The position numbers and the translations under genes are program-made. Source: Camelus ferus (lineage: Eukaryota). Taken from it: 64,000 nt of DNA. Shown here piece by piece: positions 36,581-48,889 of this stretch. Within the stretch, counting starts at the first letter, position 1. Each line of letters starts with the position of its first letter. The notes under the pieces are model-generated. The model did not search any database, had not been told where the DNA came from, and saw only the letters and a program-made list of their open reading frames with translations. Location of the stretch: the NCBI RefSeq assembly GCF_009834535.1, contig NC_045699.1, forward strand, positions 54,498,001-54,562,000. Reading direction: 5' to 3'.

Positions 36581-38709
36581 TCCTTGAGAAAAACCAAATC
36601 TGAAAAATGAAAAATGGTGGAATAGGCTTGCGACTTGGAGCTACCCCTCTCCATCAGGCTTGTGCCCGAAACTGCTCTGACTTGCCAGGTGATAATCATA
36701 GCCATTTTGCACTTTTGTGATGGAGAGAGCTTTTAATTGAATTCCATTTCTTGTGAGTAGGAGCAAAACCAGTTGTAAACACCTTTTGCCTGCCCCTTCT
36801 CCCTTCTCTCTCTCTTTTTTTCTTAGGCTGTAGCCTCTGAGCCATATAATTTAGCCCTGAAAGCAGAGAGCTGGAGGAGAAGGGGGGAGGGGGAGGTAGA
36901 AGAGAATCATCCAGGTGACACACACAGCTCGCTTTTTTTTTTTTTAACGTAAGCACTTTATCGAGAACGGTACTGAGAACTGGGTTTCCCTTTGGCCAAC
37001 AACCTCAGGTCTTTTATAAACCAAGGGTTAGACATCTGGCCTTGACCCAAGCTGAGGTTTGAAAGAGTAGGGTCGGGATCTTTGGGTCCAGCAAGAGGTG
37101 AAGGTTGCGTGGCTGCCGTTTTGGACAGTGAGACGGTATCCAACGTGGCCACCCTGCCTCCCTGCCCGTCTAGAATGATGCTGGTAACTGCCTACTTTGC
37201 TTCCGTGTTTGTCTCTGGATCCCGTCTCTTAGTCACTTGGAGGAAACTGAGGCAGCGTATCATAAGATTCTGCAGAACTGTTGAATAAAAAAAATGGACT
37301 CAGGTTTTGGTTCAGGTAATGAGTTAATTCCCCCGAAGACCTCTGTTGACATGGGCCAGGGTGGGGTGGGGGGCTGAAAAAGGCCATTGGAAATGGATGG
37401 CTTAATTTGTACTCTTTTACAGTGTCCCACGTATGAAGCTCATTGTGCCAAAGACAGAGGACTGTGTCACCCAGCCCCTGATGTGTAGACCCCCTACATT
37501 GCCCCCTGGCCCCTTGAAGGCCACCTGGGAAGGCTTGCAAAGTGGGGGTGGAGGGAGCTTTTAGGATTTGTCTCAAGGACGCGTTTTCGAAATCCTTCTG
37601 AATGACTACAAGGATACCTGCCAGGATACTGGACACCTGACAGGCACAAGCGAGGCTGGCCCAGGCCCTCCTCAGCCTAGGAAAGGAGTAAGTTCTCCCA
37701 GATGTCTCGAAGACTCTGGTCTGAGGGTATTCTGTGAGGCTGAAGGTCTCTGCTGAGCGAGCCAAGGGTGGATTTGGGGAGGCAGGCGCTTGGAGAATGT
37801 GCCCGGAAACCAAGTCTTGATGCCTCCTGACGTACAACCAGACCTTTTCTGGAAACCTAGAATAGAAGAAATGTGCATAGAGATTATAAAGGACATCTTC
37901 CAGGAGGTGAAGCTTCTGAGAGCTCCCAAGCCTCCATCATACAGCCGAGGTCCCTAATGTGACTGGGCGGTTTCTAGTGGGTGTTGTCCCCTCTCGGGCT
38001 TTTCTCTCAAATTAGGGATCAAACCTTGCTCAAGCAAAGACTTTCAAAAACCAGGCATGCAGGATGTTGGCTTGCCCCTGGGAGTCTGGCCATTGAGGTC
38101 CAGGTCCTCCCCCAACTCCCCAAGTGCCCCGAGGGCCAAGGCTCTATGTCCAGAAATGCAGTCCCCTCCCCCCTCACTGCATCCTATTTGTTGGGGCGAC
38201 TCCTCTGTCATTGTCACTCTCTGGATCTGCCTGAAAGACAAATCGCGGGTAGGAAAATCTGTCAGTGCCTCTCAAGGTCATGGGCCAGGGCAAGTCAGAC
38301 GGAGGCAGCCGCCCTTGCACTTGGGCGCTTTTGGATGTGAACAGCAGCTGCGTTTCTCCACGTGAGATCCCGGCCAGCTGCCGCCATCATTCCCGGCAGC
38401 CTCCCTGGAGGGGGAACACAGCTGCCTTCTATGGGCCTGCCTGAAATCACCCGCAGATGCTTGCATGCTTTAAAAATGAGAATAGAGGTTTAGGCAGAGG
38501 TTAAGCTGGGAAATCCTCTGAATGAAATATTTTCCTTTTCGTGGTTCCTCTTGCTTTGGGATGTAATGTATGACCCACCTGCTAGGCAGCCCAGTGGGTC
38601 GCTGGCCCCCCCACGAAGCTGTGGCTGTCTTCTCCAGATTACTCCTCCTGCCACTGTGACAGTCCCTGCGCGCTGGGCACCCCTCCATGCGTGTTATATA
38701 CACCCGTGA

Positions 38710-38835
38710 TGTCCTTTAACACAACAGCAGTCCGTATCCCATTTTCAGATAAGGAAACGAAGGCTCAGAGAGGTCCAGTGGCTTAGTCCTCCAGGTGCAG
38801 AACCAGGACCCCAGACACTTTTGTTTGATGCTGGA
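38710..38835 (-). mobile_element. MIR
   Basis: cccattttcagataaggaaacgaaggctcagagagg. Confidence 0.75.
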
Positions 38836-39569
38836 GCCGCACGCTTTTTCTACCCCTGCAGTTAAGTTTGCTTCCTATCAGCACTTTCCGCCTCAGATGC
38901 TAACCCAGCACCAACTGAAAGCAAGAGCATCCTTACTAGCAGAATAGTGCCTAAAGGAATCAGCCTTTTGTAACCTAGACGATGTTTACTGAGCCATTAG
39001 GGAGATGCAACGTGTTAGGAAATAATAAAGAGATTTATTATTATGCATTAGAGTATAAACTTTATCAAACAGAGAATAAATTTGCCATCCGGTATTACTG
39101 GCATCACATATTTTTGTTTGTGGTATCTCCAGGGCTTGACTGAGAAAGTTAAGGAGGAAAAAAAAAAAAAAACAAAAGACAGACATTCAACAGTAAATAC
39201 ATTATTTCACGCCTGGCTTCAAATTAACTGGTTTGATGGGGCCACAGAATTGAAATCCCGAAGTCCTTGGACCACTGCCTCTAGGTGTCGCAGGGCAGCA
39301 TGGCCAGGGCCGGGATTCCATTCCCTGACCAGACTCCTGGCCTTGTTGGGGGTTAGCCAGACCAGCAGGCCACTCTCAAGACAGAAAGCCAAAACTGGCT
39401 AAGCAAATGGTACATCTTTCCCCACTCCTGCCCTCCATGCTTTTATCCTAAAATTAAGACCCAAGTCCTACATGATCTGGCCTGTCCACCTCTCCAGGCA
39501 TCTTTTCCACCATGAACCCCTTACTCCATCCCAATGTGGGGAGGGGGAAAAAAAGGCCTTTTTCCTCTA

Positions 39570-40114
39570 CCCAACTTAGATTCCTTGGCCTGGGGCCTTG
39601 CAAATTAGGCTGACAAAAGACAGAGTAAGAAGAGAAAAGCAAGCAAGTTTTTTTAACACATGCATCATGTGCGTGCTCAGCGATGGGCGACTCAAAAAAG
39701 GGGTGGTTAGAATGTGAATTTCTGTAGCATCTTAGCAAAGAACGATAACTTTGTAGACAAGTGACAAGACAAAGGAAAGGGGCTTTGAGCTTCTAGGGTT
39801 GGCAAATTGTAGAAAGGCAAATATATGTGGAGACTAGTGGTAGATAAGGACTAGTTTCAGGGAGGATTTTCAGGTAGACTCGGTGTCGTCTCTGGGCTGA
39901 TGAGTGTCTAGAGTTGTCTTTGGTGATTAACTTCTGTCCTTCCTGGTAGAGAGAGGAAGAGGGGGACACCTTTAGAAGTGTATGTCCTGATTCTAGACAA
40001 ATAAGGAGAGGGCAGTGAGCTTTTCTTGCGTCTGCTGCTTCTCAGCTGCATTCAGTTCAAAATGATCCTATGCCAAAAGGGCGTACGTTGGGGTGGCAAT
40101 TCTGCTACCCTTCG
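39570..40114 (-). mobile_element. MER31-like ERV1 LTR
   Basis: ggagagggcagtgagcttttcttgcgtctgc...ttcagttcaaaatgatcctatgccaaaagggcgtacgttggggtggcaattctgctacccttc matches the reverse of the MER31 5' end. Confidence 0.7.
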
Positions 40115-40124
40115 CCCCCGCCCC

Positions 40125-40460
40125 AGGGCCTTTCACACCAGCCTGGAACAGGCTTCTGTCCCTGCCGTGGCTTAGTTAACTCCTCGTCTTTCAGACGGCA
40201 GCTCAACTGTCGCCTCGTCACGGAAGCCTCCCCTGACCTCCCCTGACCAGCTCACGTTCCCCTGTGAGAGGCTGTCACAGCGCTCAGTGCCTTTCCTCCC
40301 AAGCACTCATCACAGATGCAACTTCACGTGTACGTGTGATTGCAAAACGTCTTGCTTTTCCCGCTCCCATAACTTTTCAGAGGGCAGCTCCATGCCTGGT
40401 TCTCCCCGTGTGTCCCAGCACCCGGCCCAGTGCCTGAGACCCAGGAGGTACTTGCCAGAG
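40125..40460 (+). mobile_element. L2 3' end
   Basis: gcctggaaca...ggaagcctcccctgacc...gtcccagcacccggcccagtgcctgagacccaggaggtac. Confidence 0.65.
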
Positions 40461-42109
40461 GGAACAGGTGGATGCAGCTACGCCCAGCACGGGGTCCAGA
40501 TCTCCTGCTCGCAGCTTCTGTGTTGTAGTCTGCACTAAAGTTGCAACCAGGGAGACATCAAGCAGGTGAACAGCTCATATATCTTAATGGTGGTGTTAAA
40601 TGTAAAAGGAGAGCTCGCCACTTCTCACTTCGAGTTTCCAGACTTCTGGACCATTCTTAGTTTAAACAGCCCATAGAGGGCTCTTTGGGGGGTCGGGGGG
40701 AGGGGATTCCAGAGATGCAGCTTTTGACAAAGGCTTCATCTTTCACCTCATGCCTTATGAGTCTTCTTTGCAGTTTTCCCTCTAGCTGATTTTTCTATTT
40801 TTTCTTGAATTTTTATCTTGAGGGGAAATGTCCCTTATGAATCCATATGGAAGACGTCGTTTGCCCTAGCAGGTTTGTTTGTCGTTGAGATTTGATCTGC
40901 TGTCAGTAGAGACCCTGGAACTAAGACCTCTGGGGTTAGAGCTGTGCCCTTGTTCCCAGAGCCCCTCTGGATGGAGAGAATTTATTGCCTTTTTGGCAGA
41001 AGGTCCATTTTTAATTTTTATTACTTCCTTTCTGGCTCAGGCTTCTCTTTTGGTCTCATGAACTTGCATCCCTCTGCTCTCCGCTCCTTTCTGGCCTGTG
41101 TCATGATCCCTTGACAATCTCGAGGGGTGCCAGTTACGTCATCTTGTAGGTCTAGTCAGGGGTCTCCATCCCCAAAACAGTGGAACCTGTGAATCGCCTC
41201 CCGGAAGCTCCCGTGTTACTGTGTGTTTGTCACTTGGACACAGTTCTTTTTCCTCCTTGTCTGTGATCTAAATGCTGCCTAGGAAATTTACAAGAGTTCT
41301 GCACCCCACCTCACCCTCCTCAATGGCAAGGTGTCATATCTTGAATTCAGTTCAGTCTCAAACTGGATTCTGTCCAGATTTTTTGCTTGGGTTTCAGAGG
41401 CTCAGCCCCAAACACATTGAGACTGAAGTTGAAACAGCTCCAGATCTGCTCATGTTTGAGATTCCTCCCAAAACACAAATGGTCCCTTACTTGGAGCTCC
41501 CCTAAATGCAGTTCTTGAGCCTTCCATTTCTGTGTTCCTAGTAAACACTCCTGGTGAAAACAGTGAACAATTAATCTGCTTGTGTTCCGGGGACCAGAAA
41601 AATAAGCATCAACACTCTGAGGCCTCGCTTTATCAAGTTCTGAAGGCTGGTTTTCACAGCTGATAAGAGGCTTTGGTTTATCAGCTCCAATGGCCTGGAA
41701 ATGCCTTTGGCCTGAATATTTGGGATGAGCAGAGTGGACCCAGCTTAGGAATTCCAAGAAGGCAGAATCAAGATAGAGAGCTGCCAAGGCTCCCAGATGT
41801 GGAATGAAACCCATTTCTAAACTGGATTCTTCTGCTCAGTTGTAATGTGCTTAAAACCCGGATCCCCTTGAGAGTTTTGCACCTGGTTAGAATATTTTGA
41901 CCCTAGAATGATGCTTCTTTGTGCATTTATCTGTGAAGAATAATGGTCGATAGTTATAAGCCATCTCAGAAGGCTGCTGTTGAGATCTTCAAAATGCTGA
42001 TTCCGTCTTCCTAGTGCTGCAAAAGTACGAGACAGGAGCAGGTTTGCGGTGTGTGTCCTGAGACTTATCTGAGCCCTTTCTCTCTAGAACTCAACCCCCA
42101 AATTGAGAT

Positions 42110-42290
42110 TTTTTTTTTTAAATTGAAGTATAGTCAGTTTACAATGTTGTGTCAATTTCTTGTGCACAGCATGTTTCAGTCATATACATACATACATATA
42201 TTCCTTTTCATGTTCTTTTTTGGTATAGGTTACTACCAGATGTTGAATATAGTTCCCTGTGCTGTACGGAAAATAACTTGTCGTTTATCC
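42110..42290 (-). mobile_element. L1 3' end with short TSD
   Basis: Poly-T then aaattgaagtatagtcagtttacaatgttgtgtc. TSD core aattgagat at 42101-42109 and 42293-42301. Confidence 0.9.
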
Positions 42291-43066
42291 AGAATTGAGA
42301 TCTTAATTGACAGATTTATCCACTTGCTCAGATTAGTGTTATCTCTTAGAGATACACGGTCATCCTACACAGCATCCCCATTTTACAGGAGGAGAGAGAA
42401 AGACGGCAGAAAAAGCAAGGCTAGAACCCTTTCTTCTAGACTGTAAATTCAGGCAGGAGTCTGTATAAATACCTTTTAATGGCTGGTTTTCTGAAGAGTT
42501 TTATCTTGAAGGTTAATAAGTCAGAAACTTAAATACACATGTATCCTGTGTCTTGCGGTAAAGCCCTGGGGTTACTTATACCAGAAGAGGGCACCCAGAA
42601 TGAATGTGTGATGTAAATGGCTTGCATTGCCACTCCCCGTGCAATGGCGTTAGTCTATGCCGGTGGTTCCCTTAGAGCGTCTAAATGTTGATATTGTTGC
42701 TCCTTAAAATTTGGTTGCTTTGTAGATCCTACATGGGAATTGAATTAACTCCAATCCACTTGACTGAAGCTGCTGCTTTTTCTATAGTTTCGGGGAGTTT
42801 TTGTCATTGACATTAGGTGGCATTTGTTTTAAAGGACTCTGGTCACTTAGCCACACATACTGTGTAAGTCATTAAAAAAATAATTAGGAGTTAATTTTTA
42901 ACAATGTCAGTTTGGTGGTTACAAATTAATATGTTTTAAATCCCCTGTTATTTGACCCTGTTCATTATATCCTGCTGTTCATTGGTGCTGGCCAGCAGAG
43001 CTAATAAGATGCTTAAGTACTGCTACGTCTTGTTGCTCATTGCTGTAGGGGAGTTAGTCTCATTTT

Positions 43067-43190
43067 TTGTTTGTTTTTGTTTTTCTCCTTAATGGAGGTA
43101 CCGGGGATTGAACCCAGGACCTCGTGCATGCCAAGCACGCCTAGCAAGGAGAGCAAGGCGTTCTACCACTGAGCTATGTCCCCAACCCCG
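43067..43190 (-). mobile_element. Camelid SINE with an internal insertion of about 18-19 nt
   Basis: ggaggtaccggggattgaacccaggacctcgtgcatg...ttctaccactgagctatg. TSD gtctca(t/c)ttt at 43057-43066 and 43191-43200. Confidence 0.9.
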
Positions 43191-44162
43191 GTCTCACTTT
43201 TTTTTTTTTAACATGTGGGTGGACATAAAATTTATCAGCCAGCAAATCTATGAGGAACTAACTTTAATTACAAGTACCCTTTTAGACTTGCAAACTCCCT
43301 CAGCTAGCTGATTAATTTTGCACAATAATCTGTGTGGTTTTCATTCCAAAGCTTTTTGGGTAATGCTGTAAGAAACCTTGGGTTGCTGCAGCAGAGTAGT
43401 CCAGGGTGGTTTCTATAGTAAATATATCTCCTCCTCCAGTCTGATGCTCTTATTTTCCCCTCCAGATTCTTTAAAACTCCCTACCCTTGTTATGCACAAC
43501 ATAAATACACAAATTATTGTCACCAACAGCCTTAGTGATTTAGAAATGATTGAGTGGCTACATTGCATATTTTTGCATTGACGAGAGTGCTTCTTTGGCA
43601 AACATGGTTTAGATTTTTTAAAGAGGAAAACCTCAGGTCCGTCAGGTTAGTTTTTTCTGAGGTGGAGGTGCAGGTAGAACCATACTGGGCCTCAGCAGGG
43701 TCTCTGACCCCCAGATGATGAGAATTTGTGACTAAGCTCTGAAAGAATTGACCACAAGGAGACTGGAAGTCCTGAGAGCTGGGTCCAGAGGTGGCTGGGA
43801 AGAAGACTCTCACCCAGAAGAGCAGCCCTGGGGAATGTGAAGTGAGGTAATGGCTTAAAGCAGGGGACCGTACTTCTAACCGCCTCAAAACTCCTCTTGG
43901 CATTGTTTGCTCGAGGGATGGGTAAGGTTGCAGCCTCTCTTCAGTAGGGAGAGAAGAAGGCTTCCACGGTGGGCATGCGCTGAAGGGAGGGTGTTACTGC
44001 GAAGAGAGAGGTGATGGGCGCTCTCGGTGCTTTGTCTGTCCCGGTCCAGGTGCGCTGAGGACCACTGTGCTCGTTACAGGTGCGCAAGAGAGGAGGCTAG
44101 GGAAGGGGGAGAATGCCAGCCAGGGGTGGATTTTTGAGGTTGGGAGGACAAACTTGTTTTGC

Positions 44163-44164
<2 letters not shown>

Positions 44165-44210
<46 letters not shown>

Positions 44211-44220
44211 CGCGCGCGCA
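44165..44220. repeat. Compound microsatellite (TG)19(CG)8CA
   Basis: Read directly: 56 bp of uninterrupted purine/pyrimidine alternation. Confidence 0.98.
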
Positions 44221-45259
44221 CTGTGTGCACAAGTGCCTGTGCTCCGAGACATCCATCAACAGCCCAGAAACTGGTTGCCGTTGGTCTCAAATGGCTAGCT
44301 TATTAAACCTAAAGCTGCTCTCTCCATTAGGAAATACTCAATTCCAGCCATTAGCCCTGAGTGTGAAAGAACCATTTCACCCCCACTCCTCCAGTCTGCT
44401 TTGCTCTGTCTCCAAACAATGCTTTGATGTTCAAGGTGCTCCTCATGGAAGAGAAGTCATCAATTAACCCAAATGGAAGGTTCAACTGAAAACGAACTTT
44501 TCATAGAAGGAACTAGCTCTGAGTTCACCATTGACTGACATTATCTGTCTGAGATACATTCTCATGCAAAGACCTAATCTCCACCTATGTAACACAGGCT
44601 CAAAAGTGTTCTAGTTATTTGGTTTGTTTTCAAAGTCACTTTGGGAATTGGCTCTTAGCTCACTTGAGGCTGGGGGAGAGGTGACCACGGTTTCCTTTCC
44701 AGACAAGTTAGCATTTTAAGTCCTTCAAGAATTAGTCCTGATCCTGTTAAATTGCTAGGATTTTTTGTTTGTTGGTTTTTACACAGAATATAAGCAGAAC
44801 CATCTATTTTTATAATAGTAATATTGTGAATTTAAACATAATGCAGATGAGGCAAATCTGTAATTGTGTGCTGGGATTTCAAGTCGAAATATCTGATTTT
44901 CCCCCAGATACTTTCAAACACTGATGAACTCCAGTGTTAATTTACATGCAGCTTTTCAGGAAAATATCAATTAAATAAATGAAGCTATTTCACTGTTACT
45001 TTCTCATTGTGCCTTTAGGTTTCTAGCATGCTTATGAGACCAAAAAAGGGCTATAAAAATTAATTGCCAAACATTAAGAGGGTAAAACAGAGTAGTCACT
45101 CCACTATCCTAATGCAATCAACAATTTTATTTTTTTTCTAGTCTTTTTCCTCCTATATTTGCTACAGAGATGTAATCTATCTACCTAGATTCTGCTTCCA
45201 ATTTCACTAGCCTCACAGAATGTTTCAGAAACTGTACCCTCTACTGCTTAGTGCGTGCA

Positions 45260-45420
45260 GAGTTTCTGTTTGGGATGATGAAAAAAGTTTAGAAATAGAT
45301 GGTGGTGGTGGTTGCACAGCATTTTGAATGTAATTAACCTCCACTGACTTGTACATTTAAGGTGGTTAAAGTGGCATCTTTTATGATATATATTTTTTCT
45401 TTTTTTACCACAATAAAAAA
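45260..45420 (+). mobile_element. L1MB 3' end
   Basis: gagtttctgtttgggatgatgaaaaaagtttagaaatagatggtggtggtggttgcacagcattttgaatgta. Confidence 0.8.
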
Positions 45421-47498
45421 GCACATAAAAGTTATGCCTCCAAATTGTTTTTTTTCTTTTTCTTTTTTTTTATTTTGAGAACTAAAAGATTGACAGATTT
45501 CAGAGTTTGTAATGCCAGGAGAAAATTTTAGTGCAGAGTTTATTTTTGATGGACGCCCCAAACTACAACTTTTCAGTAGTACTTAGGGTTTGCAACGAGC
45601 CTGTAATTTGGAGGGGAAATCTCAGCAGTGGAGTGGCTTGTTATGACAACGCAGGAAACTTTGCAGGTTGAGAGGTCATGTTTCAGGCTGAGGTCATTAA
45701 AGCCCTCCCAGGAAGACAAAAGCCTCTGAGGAGGTGATGGTAACCCTTGATTGACCGTGACTGATGGTGAGGTTCACAGACAAAGGTGAGGGGAGCCCTG
45801 CCCTCAGGGAGCTCCAACAGTGACTGAGTCCTCTAGAAAGATGTCGAGATGTGACAGAGCAGTTCTTTCTGCTGGGCTGTTTTTCACACCAGGAGACTTG
45901 GGGTGGATGGGGGAGCAGTTGGACCTGGGCCTTGCGGAGAGCTGAGGGAGAGGGAAGGGCCAGGGCGGAGGGGCCAACAAGGCGATACACTTAGGGAAGC
46001 AGCTCAGGTTTGGAAAAGGTGGCAGGCCCTTAATTCCAGATTCACGAGTTTCCAGGAAAAATAGTCCAAGTGCCATTTCTGCCCCTTTTGGTAAAAAGGT
46101 TTTCTTTGTCACAGCAAAAAATACATATTTATGACTATCCAACAAAAGAATTGGCTATTTCCAATATTGTACAGTTTGTTTGCTGGTGCCTCCAAAAGAG
46201 AAATTTATCACTCCAGAGAATGAAATCCACTTAAAGGTTCACAAGAAAAATGTTCTACCTACAGAAGAAGTTTCTGGAAGGTTTTTCTAGAAGTGACTGC
46301 TGGCTGACCCCCAAGTGACATTTAAGAAGGCTGAGCTGTGCCGAGCTTTGTTGGGAGAAGGGAGACCCAGAGCAAACCACAGTGGCACCCTTGACCTCGA
46401 GCACCCGTTGGAGTGGCCGGGTTTGGGATCGCAGACTTGGGGCATCCTTTTGGACCACTCACCTGACTTCCTTTGCCTCTGGGATCTCTGCTCCCACAAG
46501 CAGGGTGTTGTAGTGGACTTATGTTCCTGAATTGTATTATTATTATTATATATTCCTGAATTCTTAAATATCACAAAGATGAATCCAGGCTTACAAAGAG
46601 GAGAACAGGCCAGGAGCCTGAATATAACTAGGCTTGATGTTTTAAACATCTCATATTCCCTCAGCTTATTCTTTTGTGTTCATGTCCCAACTCTGAAATT
46701 AATTGGTCTAATACACGATTTGTTAAACACCAATTAGAGAGTGAAATCAAGAAGTGATTTTAAAGAATGCTCTTCATAACAGACTCAAGCACGTTACTCA
46801 GAGGTTACTGAAATGCTCACTTAGGCATTTCAGCATTGCACCGTGACATCGAGGGAAGGCTGACTTGGTGGGGAGCTGCAAACCCCGGGGTACCACTGCC
46901 TTTTTTGGCGGTAAAGCCTTGCCCCCTCTCCCTTCCCCATCCCCTTAATGGTCACATGCCCTGCTGAAATGACATACAGGAGTTTTAACCACCTGCACCA
47001 ATTCTGAGTTGCAGCATGAACTCACCAACACAGGGAACATGGCTTGGCATAATGTTTGTTCACTGTGCATAAGATGTGCTCGGAGAAACTAGAAAAAGTG
47101 AGAGATTCATTGTTTCAGAATACAACAGAGCCACATCTTGGCTCAAGGCAATCTTTTCATTCCAGCAGCTTTCTTAGCATCTCACAGCTTGAGATGTTTG
47201 TTGCTTGTGTTCCCAGCACTGGAAACCCCCTGCTCTGAAGCCCAGCACCTGTTATTTCCTGTTCTGGGATCCCCACCTTCCACTCCGCTTGCCTGGGGAG
47301 GGGTCCACATCCGGAATGGACTGGCTGCTCTCAGATCCATGCTGTTGAGGTCCAAACTGTGTACAAGACAAACAGGCATCTGGGGAGTGACCAGACATTC
47401 TCTAGAAGAATTCCAACTACTCAAATGAAGAGAAAGTCACTCACCTTGAGCCTTTAGAGGAGAAATCTGAAGTAGGGACAGATGGCAGACATGGATTC

Positions 47499-47586
47499 TT
47501 TTTTTTTTTAACTGGGGATTGAACCCAGGACCTCGTGCATGCTAAAAGCATGTGCTCCACCACTGAGCTATTACCCACCCTGCCCC
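47499..47586 (-). mobile_element. tRNA-Ala-type SINE copy, 3'-truncated then polyadenylated
   Basis: The reverse complement ends ...gggttcaatccccagt followed directly by an A-run; the usual acctcc and aaataaacctaa tail are absent. Confidence 0.88.
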
Positions 47587-47719
47587 AGAAACGGCTTTTT
47601 AAAGCTACATCTGAGGCATACCTAAGAACTCAAAGTGAATTCTTAGGTTCATTGAGCCGTGGCACATCCTGTGTCTTGGGAGAGTAGAAGGGATGTCATT
47701 ATTTGCTTCTTTATAGTAG

Positions 47720-47935
47720 ACTTAGGAGAGGCGGACAAGCCGGGGCTTAGATCTCAACTCTGTCACTCACTTGTCTTGTGTCCTTGGGCAAATTACTTAC
47801 GCTTTGAGCCTCAGTGTCTTCATCTGCAAAACAGGGGTTATACCCTACTTCAAGGTATTACTGTGTGGATTTACTGAGGTCCTGTATATGTGAAGGGCAT
47901 AGTGAAATGCCTAGACGTTGTAATGTTCGGTGAGT
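47720..47935 (+). mobile_element. MIR
   Basis: tccttgggcaaattacttacgctttgagcctcagtgtcttcatctgcaaaacagggg. Confidence 0.8.
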
Positions 47936-48027
47936 AATTGTGACCATAGTCCTCCATATCAGTTATATTTCCGGGAAAGGCGACTGGCACACAACTAAGC
48001 CAGAGAGCAAACGGGGGGTGGGGGCCA

Positions 48028-48099
48028 GGGCAGGTATAACTTAGTGGTAGAGCACATGCTTAGCGTGCATGAGGTACTGGGGATCGAAAAAAAAAAAAA
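48028..48099 (+). mobile_element. tRNA-Ala-type SINE copy ending in the T-arm region followed by poly-A
   Basis: ggtataacttagtggtagagcacatgcttagcgtgcatgaggtactggggatcg followed by A13. Confidence 0.85.
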
Positions 48100-48249
48100 G
48101 AAGAATGTGAGAGCACATGAAGAAGGGTTGTGGGATCTGTTCAGAGTACGTGGTAAGGTTGACTAAGAATATGGGGCTGATCTTCCTTGATTGATAAACC
48201 CTGATTGCTCTAACTTCTACATCTATAAGGGGCAAGATGGAAGTTAAGG

Positions 48250-48470
48250 GCCCTGAGACAGGCCGCCTTGGTTCGGTCTCGGCTTCACCACTTACTGCGG
48301 GATGTCTTGGGGCAAGTCACTTAAACGTGTCCGAGTCTCAGTTTCCTGAGCTGTATGGTAGAGGTACCCAGAACCCTGGCCTCTTAGGTGGGTTTTGCGG
48401 AATAAAGGTGGTTGTGTATTAAAATTGCTTAGTCCAAGGCCTAGTATATCATAAGTGCTTAATACACAGT
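48250..48470 (+). mobile_element. MIR
   Basis: ggcttcaccacttactgc...ggggcaagtcacttaaacgtgtccgagtctcagtttcctg...aagtgcttaataca. Confidence 0.8.
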
Positions 48471-48889
48471 TGTGATCACCTGATCATCGACCTCCGCCAA
48501 CACCTGAGGTCTCCGGGCCCCCGCGTGCCTTCCCCCATTTGACAGGTGCATATGCAAGGCCAGCCCTGGGACCTTGTGGCTTCAGTCTTTGCAAACTGGC
48601 TTTGCTGGTCAGCAGTATTCACGTGTGCTTCTGCCTGCAGCCGGGTTGCCTGGGGATACCCTGATTCCACATGGATTCCTTTGCACTCCCTGTTTTGTCC
48701 GTGAGTTTTAAAAAGTGCAGATACCACAGGGCCGCCCACCCCTGACAGAAGTTTGATAGTCCTATTATTGGCCTGCCGCCAGAGTGACCTGCCTGGTGTG
48801 GAGGGTGCCCCTGCCCCAGTCAGGAGGCCAGCCGGCTGCTGTCACATGCGGTCTCTTGGGGAGTCCTCCTAACAGCCTTCCAAGGGAGG

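Noticed and set aside
36783-36954. Strong polypyrimidine acceptor at 36826 with a possible donor at 36949
   Set aside because: The tract is low-complexity CT/T repeat and there is no independent support for the segment being an exon.
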